A DNA stretch of 64,000 nt from Eledone cirrhosa (GCA_964016885.1 OZ024740.1:403558001-403622000), one strand, 5' to 3'; positions 43,596 to 56,672 are shown, counted from the stretch's first letter. The notes: generated by a model not told the origin, from the sequence alone. A program made the numbers and translations.

Positions 43596-43990
43596 CATAT
43601 AGGTGCTACCATTGGGTTCGGGGTCCAGTCATGGCCACCACTATATAATGGGGAAGGCACTTTTAAACTAGCTCTTCATTCAGGTACGTAGACAAAAATA
43701 TGAAAAGGGAAGTTGTTATCCCTCGACTAATTCTTCGTCCGAACGGTGGAGACCTTTATATTTGAGGAGGAAAAATTTGTTGCGGGATAACAAGCTCCCT
43801 TTTCATATTTTGACCACGTGCCTGAAGGAAGAGCCAGTTTAAAAGTGCCTCCTCCATTATACAGTGGTTTCCTTGACTGTATACTGGTAGCACATATATG
43901 TTAAGTGTATGAACCTTTATTTATACTAAATAGGCTCTCTTCCAACAGAATCAGCTCTGTTTTCCTTGATCTTTCATCTATGGATTCTAC
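43596..43990. mobile_element. Fold-back repeat family P5
   Basis: Imperfect inverted arms about 43592-43725 / 43795-43903. The 3' part is similar to 19650-19802. Confidence 0.55.
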
Positions 43991-43994
43991 CAAC

Positions 43995-44046
<52 letters not shown>

Positions 44047-44642
44047 ATGTATGACCCTGACGGCAGAGCTCAAGCCGTTTCGACGGCTATTACTGGACTA
44101 AAAACAGTAATAGCCGTCGGGGTCATACATTTTCCTATTATCCACTCTACTACCCTAAGTATTAAGTACTCTGCTGCGTTATGGTCCATCTGGTTCTTTA
44201 TCACAACTACTTCGTTATATATATATATATATATGATATATATGTATATATATATATGTGTGTGTGTGTATGTATGTATGTATGTATGTATGTATGTATG
44301 TATGTATGTATGTATGTATGTATGTATGTATGTATGTCCAGATGAAGCAGACGAGCTGAAGCATCAAACTCACTGCCACATTTCTACTTAGAAAATAAAT
44401 TTCCTCACTCTACCTACCAGTATTAGGTGTCCATTCAGTCAATGGTTGAATGTTTTAAATGCTATAGTATTTTAAACACATATTTTAATGTAGGACGAGA
44501 AAATAATACAATACGACTATCTAGCTCAATAGTTCTTAAACGTTTTATTTCTATTTCTTCCACTTTACCAGTTCACTATATAAATCCACTACCACATATG
44601 ATAAAACGAAAATAAGCAGTTGTTGTTTTTTGTTGTTGTTAC

Positions 44643-44883
44643 AGCTCACACCTATGCAGGTTTAGCTGGCCTCCTCCAAGGTATATCTCGTTGGAGGTGT
44701 CTTTGGTGATTTAATGATATGGACCCCAGTCCTATCATCTCATTTCTACAGCTGAGTAAACTGGAGCAAAGTGAAATAAAGTGTCTTGCTCAAGGAAACA
44801 ACACATCACCTGGCCCGAGAATTGAACTCACAACCTTTCCATTGCAAGCCCAATGCTCTAACCACTAAGCCATGCGCCTTCAC
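44643..44883 (-). mobile_element. SINE family B
   Basis: Reverse complement of about 8785-9025. Confidence 0.85.
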
Positions 44884-44896
44884 ATAAGCAGTGCAA

Positions 44897-45053
44897 ATAA
44901 TTGTTTCTGATTTAGGCACAAAGCCAGCAATTTGAAAGGAAGGGGAAAGTCAAGTAAATCGACCCAGTGCTTTATTTTATCGGCGGCTCCGTAAGGATGA
45001 AAGACAAAGCTAGCCCTGGCGGGATTTGAACTCAGAACGTAAAGGGCCATAAC
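44897..45053 (-). mobile_element. SINE family A (older subtype)
   Basis: Reverse match with the purine-rich tail insertion. Confidence 0.75.
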
Positions 45054-45324
45054 TCAACATGTTCTTAATGGTACTCTTTGCGGTTGGAGATAAACACAAT
45101 CCCAGTGTATGTCAAAACATTGCAATATCCTTTTCAAAGAAGGCTTCAAACCTCTTCTTCAATGTACTCCAAACTATTTAACAAGTTATGAATACCATCA
45201 GAAATTAAGAAATTAATTTTATATTTAATAGTAATGGGTTAGTTCTTTTTTATTTCTACTAAACATTCAAATCCATGAACATAACTTGATAGTGCCATTA
45301 ATCGAATTTTTCTTATTATTTCAG

Positions 45325-45345
45325 TCGGTGAAGGACTTCCACCGG
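45325..45345 (+). CDS. 21-nt coding microexon (VGEGLPP)
   Basis: tttttcttattatttcag|TCGGTGAAGGACTTCCACCGG|gtaagt; frame-preserving, phase 1-1. Confidence 0.7.
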
Positions 45346-45520
45346 GTAAGTAACATTATGAATATATGTCATGGTTTTGTGTGTAAATAAAGGATGGAAT
45401 ATTTATTCGCCAGTATAACCGTGTGATTAAGAAGTTTGTGTCGCAAACTTGTGGCCCATGGTTTGATCAATGATTTGTGAGTGAAACTTATATGGTAACA
45501 GAAACTTCCCAGAAGTCCGT

Positions 45521-45611
<91 letters not shown>

Positions 45612-46001
45612 ATCCCAGGTTCAATCGGGGGGTAACCACAGTAAGTAAGGTAATCAATATATAGCAGAGTATAAATATTTAATATAGAAATGACTTCTAC
45701 AGGACTAGAACTGTTTCATTCAGGAGAAATCATCCTCCCGAATGAAACAGTTCTAATCCTGTAGAAACCATTTCTATATTAAATATATATATATATATAA
45801 ATTTTAGTACAGCATTAACGAAGCCTTAGTTGCGGCCAAGCTAACGAATGCAGAATCGGTCTGTAGCTTTAGCACTCAGATGGGGAAAAGTACCCCAGAG
45901 TAATAACAATACGTTTAGACAGCTTAGCAAATCAAATATAGCGGTCGGCAGTCCAGCCGCATCATCACTAGAGCAACGAAAATACAGGACCCAGGAAAAG
46001 A

Positions 46002-46050
<49 letters not shown>

Positions 46051-46172
46051 AATATAGACATAGAATATTCGAAAATATTCTGTATGTTTATAATAAACAT
46101 TTTGAAGACCTAATCGCTATAGAATAGAATACGTCACGTATTACAATTAGATTCTCGATAAAAGCAAGGGAA

Positions 46173-46215
46173 GTAATCTACGCGTTTCATTCTTATTAGA
46201 AATCTTCAGGACTAC
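46173..46215 (-). ncRNA. Minimal type-I hammerhead ribozyme fold (copy 1)
   Basis: GUAGUC-CUGAAGA-UUUCU(AAUA)AGAAU-GAAA-CGCG-UA-GAUUAC. 6-bp stem I, palindromic ACGCGU stem III, GUA triplet. Confidence 0.72.
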
Positions 46216-46482
46216 ATATCCAGTGCTTTTATCGAGAATGACACAGCTAGAGACTTATAGAATACTTGGCTGTGTACAGGAACTGGTTTGAAAGAGCGGT
46301 TGCCGGTCCGGCAGAAATTAGAAATTGGAATAAATGCTCTGAAATAGCGATATATATGTGAATATAGACATAGAATATTCGAAAATATTCTGTATGTTTA
46401 TAATAAACATTTTGAAGACCTAATCGCTATAGAATAGAATACGTCACGTATTACAATTAGATTCTCGATAAAAGCAAGGGAA

Positions 46483-46525
46483 GTAATCTACGCGTTTCAT
46501 TCTTATTAGAAATCTTCAGGACTAC
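46483..46525 (-). ncRNA. Minimal type-I hammerhead ribozyme fold (copy 2)
   Basis: Identical to 46173-46215, 310 nt away. Confidence 0.72.
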
Positions 46526-46791
46526 ATATCCAGTGCTTTTATCGAGAATGACACAGCTAGAGACTTATAGAATACTTGGCTGTGTACAGGAACTGGTTTG
46601 AAAGAGCGGTTGCCGGTCCGGCAGAAATTAGAAATTGGAATAAATGCTCTGAAATAGCGATATATATGTGAATATAGACATAGAATATTCGAAAATATTC
46701 TGTATGTTTATAATAAACATTTTGAAGACCTAATCGCTATAGAATAGAATACGTCACGTATTACAATTAGATTCTCGATAAAAGCATTTAT

Positions 46792-46844
<53 letters not shown>

Positions 46845-47143
46845 TATGTATACGTACATACATATATGTATACAGACGTACAGTAATATGTATATATATA
46901 TATACATACATGCACACATATATATATGTACGTATGGATTCACCGAACATTTATTATAATGCTCGGTGTCTTTGTAAACAAACATCCCGAAATAAGCCGT
47001 ACAGTGTCTAGCAACCATCGTTGCTCATTTGTTCAACCACTGACAAAGGAACGCTGTACTAGTTTCAAGCTTATTAGCTATCGTCAATGGCTAAGGCACA
47101 TTGTAAACATAAATAATAAATCAAACACACACTCACACCCTAC

Positions 47144-47206
<63 letters not shown>

Positions 47207-47210
<4 letters not shown>

Positions 47211-47740
47211 TTAATATAGATGAGATTCTACAGGACTAGAACTGTTTCATTCATTAGAAATCATCAGGAATCTGGGTATCAAAAATAAAAATGGTATTTA
47301 TAGGTCTCTACAAGTGGTAGGAGAGGGTGGGGAGTGGGATGGGTGCAGGTCATTGGTTGATAGAAAAGGGAATTCATTAAAAGCTAATTCTACAAAGCTA
47401 TAGTTTATTTTTATTTATTTATGTTTTTAGAGTAACAAAGGCAGACAGAATTCTATAAACAGGTTCCGGATGGCATACCATTCCTTGTCATTAAGTTTCT
47501 CTTAAGCTAACAGATGTCTATAAAATCAGTGGGGGGTCAGTCATGGTCGATAGAATTAAAGAAAAGGGAGATTCTTTAAAAGCTATTTTATTTTTATTTT
47601 TGATACCCAGATTCCTGATGATTTCTAATGAATGAAACAGTTCTAGTCCTGTAGAATCTCATCTATATTAAAACTTTTATACTCTGCTATGTATTGAGTA
47701 CCTTACTTACTGTGGTTACCTCCGATTCAACCCGGAATAA
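47207..47740. mobile_element. Fold-back family P3 element with spacer
   Basis: Arms about 47207-47292 / 47589-47675, between (TA)n tracts. Confidence 0.7.
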
Positions 47741-47741
47741 C

Positions 47742-47793
<52 letters not shown>

Positions 47794-47933
47794 CAAACAG
47801 GGGGAGATATCTCCCCCTGTTTGCTGAAAATTTAAAGTAAGTGAGACTGTCACTACTCTAAAACAATAGCATAAGGTCTTCGAAATGGTTTTAATTAAGC
47901 ATACAGTGTATTGCAAAATACACTATATATACA

Positions 47934-47961
<28 letters not shown>

Positions 47962-47967
<6 letters not shown>

Positions 47968-48313
47968 TAAGAGGAATTCCAACTTTGTCTGATTTACTCG
48001 TTTTATTTACAATCCTTTAAAATATATAATGGTATTATAATCAAATAGTATGATAGAATATTAAATTCTAAGTGTTAATTGAACAAGTTTGTTAATTGAA
48101 CGAGTTTGCAATTTTCAACAGTTGAAAATTGCAAACTCGACTGTCACCACATATCATGAACCTGAAGATTGCGAAAGCATGAAAGTACTTGTTCAATTAA
48201 CACTTAGAATTTAATATTCTATCATACTATTTCATTATAATACCATTATATATTTTAAAGGATTGTAAATAAAACGAGAAAATCAGACAAAGTTGGAATT
48301 CCTCTTATTAATA
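47962..48313. mobile_element. Fold-back Penelope-like element with internal hammerhead
   Basis: Arms about 47962-48087 / 48187-48313, with an inner hairpin at 48101-48139. Confidence 0.75.
48157..48195 (+). ncRNA. Minimal type-I hammerhead ribozyme fold (intronic, sense)
   Basis: UGAAC-CUGAAGA-UUGC(GAAA)GCAU-GAAA-GUAC-UU-GUUCA. Stem I UGAAC/GUUCA, palindromic AGUACU stem III. Confidence 0.68.
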
Positions 48314-48475
48314 TAATCTTCTATGCACAATCATACACACCCGTGTATATTTACCTATCTATCTATATTTTTTTTACACGACTGTATGTAAAATCCCCGG
48401 CATGTCTTTGTATTGTCCCCTTTCTTGTTGCGCCCTTGTGGCTAATAAAGAAATCTATATATATATATATATATA

Positions 48476-48508
<33 letters not shown>

Positions 48509-49586
48509 TAGGGTGTGAGTGTGTGTTTGATTTATTATTTATGTTTACAATGTGCCTTAGCCATTTTTTTATTAATAGAGATCGATGAAATAGGTCACAA
48601 ACTAAAGAACGGTACAAGCGTTCATATATGATGCCCCATGGTGACCTCTGTACAATGATTGAAACTAGTAACAGAATAAAAGAACAGTAAAGTTTAAGTC
48701 GGGATAAGATGTAAAACAATCTAAACTCCATTTATATATGAAACGTGTATAACCGATATTTCAATCACCGCCGATTTCTGGCAATTATTTTATTAGTTAT
48801 GTAGAGATGAGAAGTAAAATTGAATCAATTTGATTTGAATTTCGAACCACAAAGAAAATGTACGAATTTTTTTTCTGATTCAGCCATTTACTCCACCTTT
48901 ATAATATGAACTACTAACATAGGCACAGACAAACAGTAAGAAAGAGATAAACAATAAGGAAGAAATAATGTCGATCATATCAACACTAGTCAATAAATGG
49001 TAATTACTTTATCACCCCAGGAAGAGGAAAAGCATAGCTGAACTCGATGGGATTTAAATCTAAAATACCATAAAGCTATTTGTTGGGGTTTCTAATGTCT
49101 CTACCAATATACCGCCCTCTCCAACCTTACATTATAATATTACTACAGGGCCACACAATTTGACGGCATGGGGCATAGTGATTTACATCGATCTCAGTAT
49201 TTCATCACAGAAAAAGGAATGTCAAAGTTGTTCTCAGAACTGAAACAGTCCTAATTCCACCAAATTCGTTTTAGGTTTTATTTTAAATATGATATCTGCA
49301 CATGGTTTAATCTGTACACGGACGAATTGCCGACATAAATGTCGATGTTTTCTGATCTTGTCTCTGTTGTTGCAAAGTTTTCCCTGCAGATACTTTCATT
49401 TATTAGTGTCCATTGTATGTAACTAGAAATATATCTATAAACAATTTTTGACTAACAAAATGCTTCAAAACTTCTCGCATCACTTTTAACCGGAGCGATA
49501 TCGGATTCACTGGAATGTTTTATAGGCTCATTACATTTGTTAAATATTAACCCTTTAAATATTATAACTTGTGTGTGTGTGTAGTG

Positions 49587-49695
<109 letters not shown>

Positions 49696-49756
49696 GGTAG
49701 TTTACTATTGTAAACCCTAGCAAATGGGCTATGTGAAGTCACAGATCCTTTGGCCG

Positions 49757-49992
49757 TCTAAAAACATCTGACTTATAAAATGACAAGTCAGTCAATCATA
49801 TTGATGGCCTCCCCACAGCCCCGGTGGACAGAATAGAGAAGACGTTTCCTCGGCGGTCAGCAAGGGAGATGCGCTGGAAAAACCATTCCAGCTTGCGGGG
49901 CTCACACCTGCGGCTGGCCAGCTCAGCGCCTATGGTGATGAATAGGGAGGTAGCCCTAGGGCCGAGGACACCAAAAGTCTCCACTGCCAAGG
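49757..49992 (-). mobile_element. CRE-like LINE 3' fragment
   Basis: AVETFGVLGPRA...QRISLADRRGNVFSILS. Confidence 0.75.
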
Positions 49993-50642
49993 GTAAGTAT
50001 TATATATGTATCAAGAGCAACTTGTTGCAACCTATTCTGCTCCAAGTTGTATTCTTCTCAATGTGTTTCTCAGTTAAACTACTCAGTTTCAGTTTACATG
50101 GTTTCATTTAATTTTCAGTGATATAGTAGAGTATTAGGCATCCTGGTAACATGATAAACAAGCATGAGTATGAATTAACATGTACTTAACGAAATTAATA
50201 AGTTACAATATCATAACATGTCTCCAGAAATAGTTCTTCTCTTTGTATAGTTATTGTGGTGAATTCAACCTCTTCTAACATTAAAACAAATTATGCAATA
50301 TGCTAGCATACTATGCAGGAGAAATATCTCAACTATTGAATGTACTGATCCAAAATATGCTCCATGACTGGCTTTCTAAAGAACTTTATGATAAGCTCCA
50401 TTACAAGATCTGTAATAATCTCTATAATAAGCACATGAGTTTATGCATCATTATAAACTCCATATTGGGCTCCATATCAAGCACCATAAAAGTCCCATAC
50501 TAAGCTCACAATAATTTCTGTAATAAGATTTTTTAATAAATTTTACAATAAACTCTATAGCAAGTCTCTTAATAAGCTCTATAATAATCCCATAAGCTTA
50601 TGCACCAGAATAAACTTCATAAGCTTCATTATATACGTCATA

Positions 50643-50833
50643 TGGCGGTGGATTGGCAGTATCGGTAGAGGGTCGGACGCCATGCTTTGACGCATAGAGT
50701 TACGGCCCTTTCCATTCTGAGTTCAAATCCCGCCAAGGTTAACTTTGCCTTTCATCCTTACGCGGTCGATAAAATAAAGTACCAGTAATGCATTGGGTAA
50801 TTGCTGGCCTTGTGCCAAAAAGTAGAAATAATT
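50643..50833 (+). mobile_element. SINE family A, full length (reference copy)
   Basis: A-box TGGCAGTATCGG at 50654-50665, B-box GAGTTCAAATCC at 50719-50730. The central core resembles the Meta/MESC SINE domain (from memory, unverified). Confidence 0.92.
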
Positions 50834-51734
50834 ATATACGTCATAATAAACAGTCATAATTTCCATAAGCTCGAAAGAGATGATTGAAACTAGAAAAATA
50901 TTATCTAGCTGGATATTATATAAAAGGATGTCAGAATATTTTATATTAGGAGCATTAAAATAATCAAAGTAGAAGATAATGTGTTGAACATCTTATTTAA
51001 AAAAGCATTAGATGTTCATGACATACATAAGTTAGACAATTTCGGGCGTTTTTGTTGTATTTTGGCGTCCTTGGAGAAGTATATATATATAGCATCACTG
51101 CATTTTGACTAATAAATACACAAAAATATGTCATTGGATAATGATATTGCTTAGAGATTAAGGAATTCTCTCGATATACAGAAATAAATTCGACGACTAT
51201 AAATACTCCCTGCTACTTAAAGGAGTATTTTTTAAGCTCAGAAATAAGTGACATTTCTGATTATTTATCTTTTTAACAGTACAAATATTTCTTTCTGAAT
51301 TTCTCGCAATGAAATTGTATTGTAGAGATGTACATTGATAATAACCTTGATACCTATTTTAAGACTTACAGATGTTGATAGGAATGTTTTACACATAACC
51401 TTATCAGCTGATTTCTTACTAAAGCACAATGTTGAATTTTTTTGTTGGGGAGAAAGAACTGACGATTTAACTGACATATGTTACAAGCGTTCTTTTAACA
51501 ATTCTTAGAAAGGAACACGCCCAGAGACGGTGAACTTCCATGCTTACATAGATAGTCTGGTGCGACTACCAATCAAAAAGGCAGAAAGCTTCATGGGTTC
51601 GCGATTGAGAATTCACTGGGGTTAGCTGGTTCACCCTACCAATGTTTCTGTTGTATACCAAACCTTCTCGCTAAAACTGTTTTTACAGATGTCTGCTGCA
51701 GTTCACAGTAGACTCACATGAGTCATGGAAGCAG

Positions 51735-52250
51735 TCGAAAGCTCGAGCCGGTGGGGCTGGATCGAGGGGACGGCAAAAGGCCAGATGGCATGACCATCTT
51801 CCCGTTCCGCGGTGGCAAACCCCTCGTCTGGGATGCCACTTGCACCGACACTTTCTGCAGCCGCAACCTGGTGCAGTCTGCGACTGACCCAGGTTCTGCT
51901 GCACGTTGGGCTGAGGGGCCAAACACCTCAAATACCGGTCGCTCACCGACAAGTTTGCGCTCGTTCCCCTGGCAGTGGAAACTTCTGGTGTCCTCGGCCC
52001 CAGGGCTACCTCCTTACTCACCACCATAGGCGCTGAGCTGGCCAGCCGCAGGTGTGAGCCCCGCGTGTTGGAGTGGCTTTTCCAGCGCGTCTCCCTTGCC
52101 GTCCTCCGGGGAAACGCCTTCTCCATTCTGTCCGCCGGGGCTGTGGGTCGGCTCCATAGCGTACCAATACATTAGTTAAATACCATTCTTTCATCTGATA
52201 CAACACAATAAAGTTTCTCTACAAAAAAAAAAAACAAAAAAAAACAACAA
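51735..52250 (+). mobile_element. CRE-clade non-LTR retrotransposon 3' end (restriction-like endonuclease), with poly(A)
   Basis: LEPVGLDRGDGKRPDGMTIFPFRGGKPLVWDATCTDT...AVETSG...QRVSLAVLRGNA, then AATAAA and an A-rich tail. Confidence 0.82.
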
Positions 52251-52682
52251 AACACATCAAAAATTTATAACTTTAAATTTTGTGTTGAGCTGAACACACA
52301 ATTTAAAACTTTGGCAGAGGATTCGCCAAGAGTGTTCGCCTTTCGTTAGTGGTTTAGTCGGAGACACACAAATATGTATATCTATCCAAAACAATCTGCA
52401 TCTCGTGCGATAAATCTAGAACTGTCTTCGATGAGATTCTGATCAATTTAGGTAAAGAATTGTAAGGTAGAAGAGAAGCAATTAAAATTGCCATCGTTCT
52501 CCAGATCACATGACTTGTGATGCTCCCAGTAGGTTAATTGTAGTATATAGATGCCAGCGCAGTAGCTAACACTTCTGAGAAGTTATAGAAAGAGCGTCAG
52601 GCAGACCATTCATTTACAGCGATTTTCCCCTCGCTTAGTGGCTTTACACATTCCCTATTTTATCTACTAAAAGCCACTGTTT

Positions 52683-52861
52683 CGGCAGTATCGGTAGAGG
52701 GTTGGACGCCATGCTTTTTAGCATAGTTACGTCCCTTTACGGTCTGAGTTCAAATCCCGTCGAGGTTAATTTTGCCTTTCATTCTTACGGGGTCGATAAA
52801 ATAATGTACCAGTAATGTATTGGGTTATTGTTGGCCTTGTGCCAAAAGTAGAAACAATTAT
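52683..52861 (+). mobile_element. SINE family A
   Basis: Full match. AAAGCCACTGTTT occurs on both sides (possible TSD). Confidence 0.88.
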
Positions 52862-53435
52862 TTTATCTGCTGAAAGCCACTGTTTGCTACATTGCATACA
52901 TTGTTGCATACGCCTTTCTCACGAGTCATAACAGCCCATCGAAGTAAGCATCGCATTGCACCATCTTTAGTTGGTTGATCGACGAATTTCTACTGGATAT
53001 CTGCACACTTTTGATTGGAGTCGGATAGTATGCGTTTGCTACGGACAGTTAGAGTTTCTTCTGATGGGAAGAATCCGGAAGTTAGTTGTAACGATATATA
53101 GTTGATTAAATTTATACAAATTCAATACTTTTGGTATGTATTCTATCAATCTACATTTATGTGAAATCAATTCCGGCTGGATTTGGACTGAAAAAGTAGT
53201 AGCCCAAGACGAAATACATTTACATTGAATGATAGGTATTACTTAGTTGAAATAGTATATAAGATATTTTGATTTCCATCCCAAGCACTTTTATTTATTA
53301 CTGTTTATGTGTGTAGCATCCTTTTCATATTATCAGTTACATAAAGACATATTTATTCATTTAGGATAACCAATTTCTCACATCTTAGTATAGTTTAGTG
53401 AGCCACATCTAATGATAAAGATTGAATATTATTGT

Positions 53436-53618
53436 TGACAGAATCGGTAGAGCGTCGGACAACATGCTTTGCGGCATATAGTTATGGCCCTTTACGTTCT
53501 GAGTTCAAATCCCGCGGAGGTTAGCTTTGCTTTTCATCCTTACGGGGTCGATAAAATAAAGCACCAGTAATGCACAGGTGTAATTGCTGCCCTTGTGCCA
53601 AAAAGTAGAAACAATTAT
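53436..53618 (+). mobile_element. SINE family A
   Basis: Full match. Confidence 0.88.
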
Positions 53619-53991
53619 AGTTAATATCAAATGTTGCTGTTGTTGTTGTTGTTTATCTGCAGGTGAGCCCCGATCAAAGGAGTTCCAGCAGTCATTTCTA
53701 GCAACCAGCTTCTTTCCCTCAAATCACATCCTTGGCTGCTTGAAATGACTGTAATAGAAACATATTAAAGAGACACCAATTTTATCATGTAATGCAAATT
53801 TCATAAACTATCTCAAACTTTCAGGTCTGTTTTAAGTACGTTGTATTTTTGATGGACATCAAAGCAATTGCCCAGGGTAAACCTCTTTCAGAAGAAAGCT
53901 TATTAGTCGAAATTTGCAGAAGAAAACATTAGGTAGGGAATTTAAGGACAAATTTAATACAACTGCTTTTTATTTGTTGTCTCTTCAACAG

Positions 53992-54186
53992 ATACCTGTG
54001 ATTCTATCCGGTTCTCTAAAAGGATATATTACAATGCTCATCCATCCGATTGTACCAAATATGTATCATGTACTCAGTTAAACAGTGGTAATTACTTGGG
54101 GATCGTCATGTCCTGTGCCCGTGGCCGCTTCTGGAATGATATAGCATTGACATGTGACTACCCATGGAATGTAAAATGTGCTCATG
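53992..54186 (+). CDS. Coding exon: chitin-binding peritrophin-A (ChtBD2/CBM14) domain
   Basis: ctcttcaacag|...|gtaagt, 195 nt. DTCDSIRFSKRIYYNAHPSDCTKYVSCTQLNSGNYLGIVMSCARGRFWNDIALTCDYPWNVKCAH; C-x17-C-x5-C-x14-C-x12-C-x7-C with conserved aromatics. Confidence 0.92.
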
Positions 54187-54540
54187 GTAAGTATGATTTC
54201 TTTCGGTTGTTTATATATGTGACAATTAGTATTCCTTGATTATTGCGTAGCCAAAGAAGAAGTGGGATCTGCATACGATGAGATACAATAGGAACAAAGA
54301 GATTTGTGTGTCTGTGAGCGTGTATGTGTATGTGTATATGTGTGCATGGGGTGCTGAGGCGGGTTCGCTTGGATTGGATAATGGTGTTATGCAATTAGAT
54401 AGTTTAGAGGAGTTGAGACTGTTGTCGTATGGCAGACGAGGAACAAAGAAGAAACACGATTTCTTTGGTCGAATGGGGAGTGAATTTTTGCTAATCCATT
54501 GAACCGCTTTCTTTTGGATGAGATCTAGAATGCTTTAGTC

Positions 54541-54707
54541 CAGAGGTTCCCAAAGTGGGTTCCGCAAAGGAGTGTCTAGGGTTCCGTGAAAAAAGGTAGA
54601 GGAGTATATTTACATTACGATTATATAACAGCACTAGACTTTGGGGTTCCTCCAAAAGTTTCTGAACCAAAAAGGGCTCCGCGTTTCAAAAGTTTGGGGA
54701 AACCCTG
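54541..54707. mobile_element. hAT-type MITE
   Basis: TIRs CAGAGGTTCCCAAAG / CAGGGTTTCCCCAAAC; 8-bp TSD CTTTAGTC/CTTTAGAC. Confidence 0.8.
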
Positions 54708-55196
54708 CTTTAGACGGTCTCATATAAAGTTAAGTTTTACAGAGCCTACAGAGTCATCAAATAGAAGTTTACAGTGGTCTCGAGGGGCGTTAAGCGATTG
54801 AGAGTACAAGACTTGGATGGAACCCCAGTCTGTTGCAAGTTTAACCCACTTTCTACTGTTGTTACTCCTTTTTAACTGAATGGACATGAAACAGGCAATG
54901 AAGTTGTTTGCTCGTGAGTCGGTAACATGACTATATGATCGTAAGACCAATATACTGACAGTCTAGCCATGCGTTTTCATAGTTGCTTCTTATATGAGAA
55001 CCAAACACTTCCAATATGGACTGATTAGAGCCATAAACCAATCATTGTTGAAATATTTTTTGTCAAGAGACAGTTATTAGTGACAGTAAGTAGTGGAGAA
55101 ATATGTTATTTGTCACATAATTTAGAAAAGAGAGCAAAGAGAAAAAAAGCTATATAGTGGTATTTATATCTTTTCTATCTACTTAACATTTGACTT

Positions 55197-55480
55197 AACG
55201 GCGGACAGAATGGAGAAGGCGTTTCCCCGGAGGACGGCAAGGGCGACGCACTGGAAAAGCCATTCCAGCTCGCGAGGCTCACACCTGCGGCTGGCCATCT
55301 CAGCGCCTATGGTGGTGAGTAGGGAGGTAGCCCTAGGGCCGAGGATACCAGAAGTCTCCACTGCCAAGGGTACAACCGCAAACCTGTCGGAGAGTGACTG
55401 GTATTTGAAGAGTTTAGCTTCCTCAGCCCGACGTTCAGCAGAACCCGGGTTAGTCGCGGACTGCACCAGGTTGAGGAAGA
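55197..55480 (-). mobile_element. CRE-like LINE 3' fragment
   Basis: PGSAERRAEEAKLFKYQSL...PLAVETSG...LRGNAFSILS. Confidence 0.8.
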
Positions 55481-55825
55481 CTTTTGTAAGGAAAGAATGA
55501 GATGTGATTTGTGAGGTTGCAAAGTATATGAATGGTGGTGGATAGGAAATGATATTCAAGGAGAGTTTATATTGATTGACGGTCATTAGACATGTAAGGA
55601 GGAAAAGGAAAGAGGTGGTAATAAGTTACTAGGAAACTAAATTATCAATGAATATATGCACATTCACACACACAACCACATCCTGCATTTGTATATGCAC
55701 AACCACACATATAGATGTATACCTAAACATATATACACATGTGTACAGGCGTACATACACACATATACATACCTACACACACACGTACATACACATGTAT
55801 GTATACAGGTTTGTATACATAGATG

Positions 55826-55869
<44 letters not shown>

Positions 55870-56156
55870 TTTATGTGTATGTTTGTGTGTATGTGTGTAT
55901 GTTTGTATAAACATAGGCTATGATTGTAGACATAACCTCACACAAAAGGGAAGTGAGAAATAGGATGGTTTGGGAAGGATGATAGTTAAAATTGGGGGGC
56001 AATAGGAAAAGGGTTAGAAGCGAAAAGAGGAATACCGAAGGGGACAACGACTGAGCAATTACAACTCATAGAAAAAGGAGAGCAATATATCATTGTATAC
56101 AGATATGGGACTGAGGCGTTTAAATACTTGATTACAAACACATGTATATAGTATAT

Positions 56157-56170
56157 ATGTACACTCTCAC

Positions 56171-56234
<64 letters not shown>

Positions 56235-56338
56235 TCTCACATGTATATATATGTACACACTCACATGTATATATATATGTACACTCTCACATGTATATAT
56301 ATATATATATATATATACATATATATATGTACACTCTC

Positions 56339-56392
<54 letters not shown>

Positions 56393-56672
56393 TCTCACAT
56401 GTATATATATATATATATATATATGTACACTCTCCTATGTATATATATATATATATATGTACACTCTCACATGTATATATATATATATATATGTACACTC
56501 TCACATGTATATATATGTACACCCTCACATGTATATATATATATATATATATATGTACATTCTCACATGTATATATATGTACACCCTCACATGTATATAT
56601 ATATATATGTACACTCTCACATGTATATATATATGTACACTCTCACATGTATATATATGTACACCCTCACAT
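56157..56672. repeat. Compound minisatellite [GTACACTCTCACAT-G(TA)n]
   Basis: More than 15 copies of a fixed core separated by variable-length (TA)n. Confidence 0.9.

Larger units (their letters stand above)
46047..46786. repeat. 310-bp tandem repeat (about 2.4 copies) carrying hammerhead folds
   Basis: The same sequence starts at 46051, 46361 and 46671; copies appear identical; flanked by (TA)n. Confidence 0.92.

Noticed and set aside
47608-47650. CTGATGA...GAAAC motif of family P3
   Set aside because: Stem III and stem I do not pair convincingly, so it is not called a ribozyme.
49985-50000. Perfect donor GG|GTAAGT in intron 3
   Set aside because: It sits at the edge of an antisense CRE fragment, and I found no convincing acceptor and in-frame exon upstream.
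50390-50635. Degenerate 12-13-bp TAATAAGCTC-like repeats and a 67-aa ORF
   Set aside because: Old low-complexity minisatellite with no coding signal.
50643-50735. tRNA-like A and B boxes (also at 8785-8860)
   Set aside because: They are SINE heads continuing into SINE cores; no complete cloverleaf.
56157-56672. CRISPR-like repeat-spacer appearance
   Set aside because: Spacers are only (TA)n, there are no cas genes, and the context is eukaryotic.
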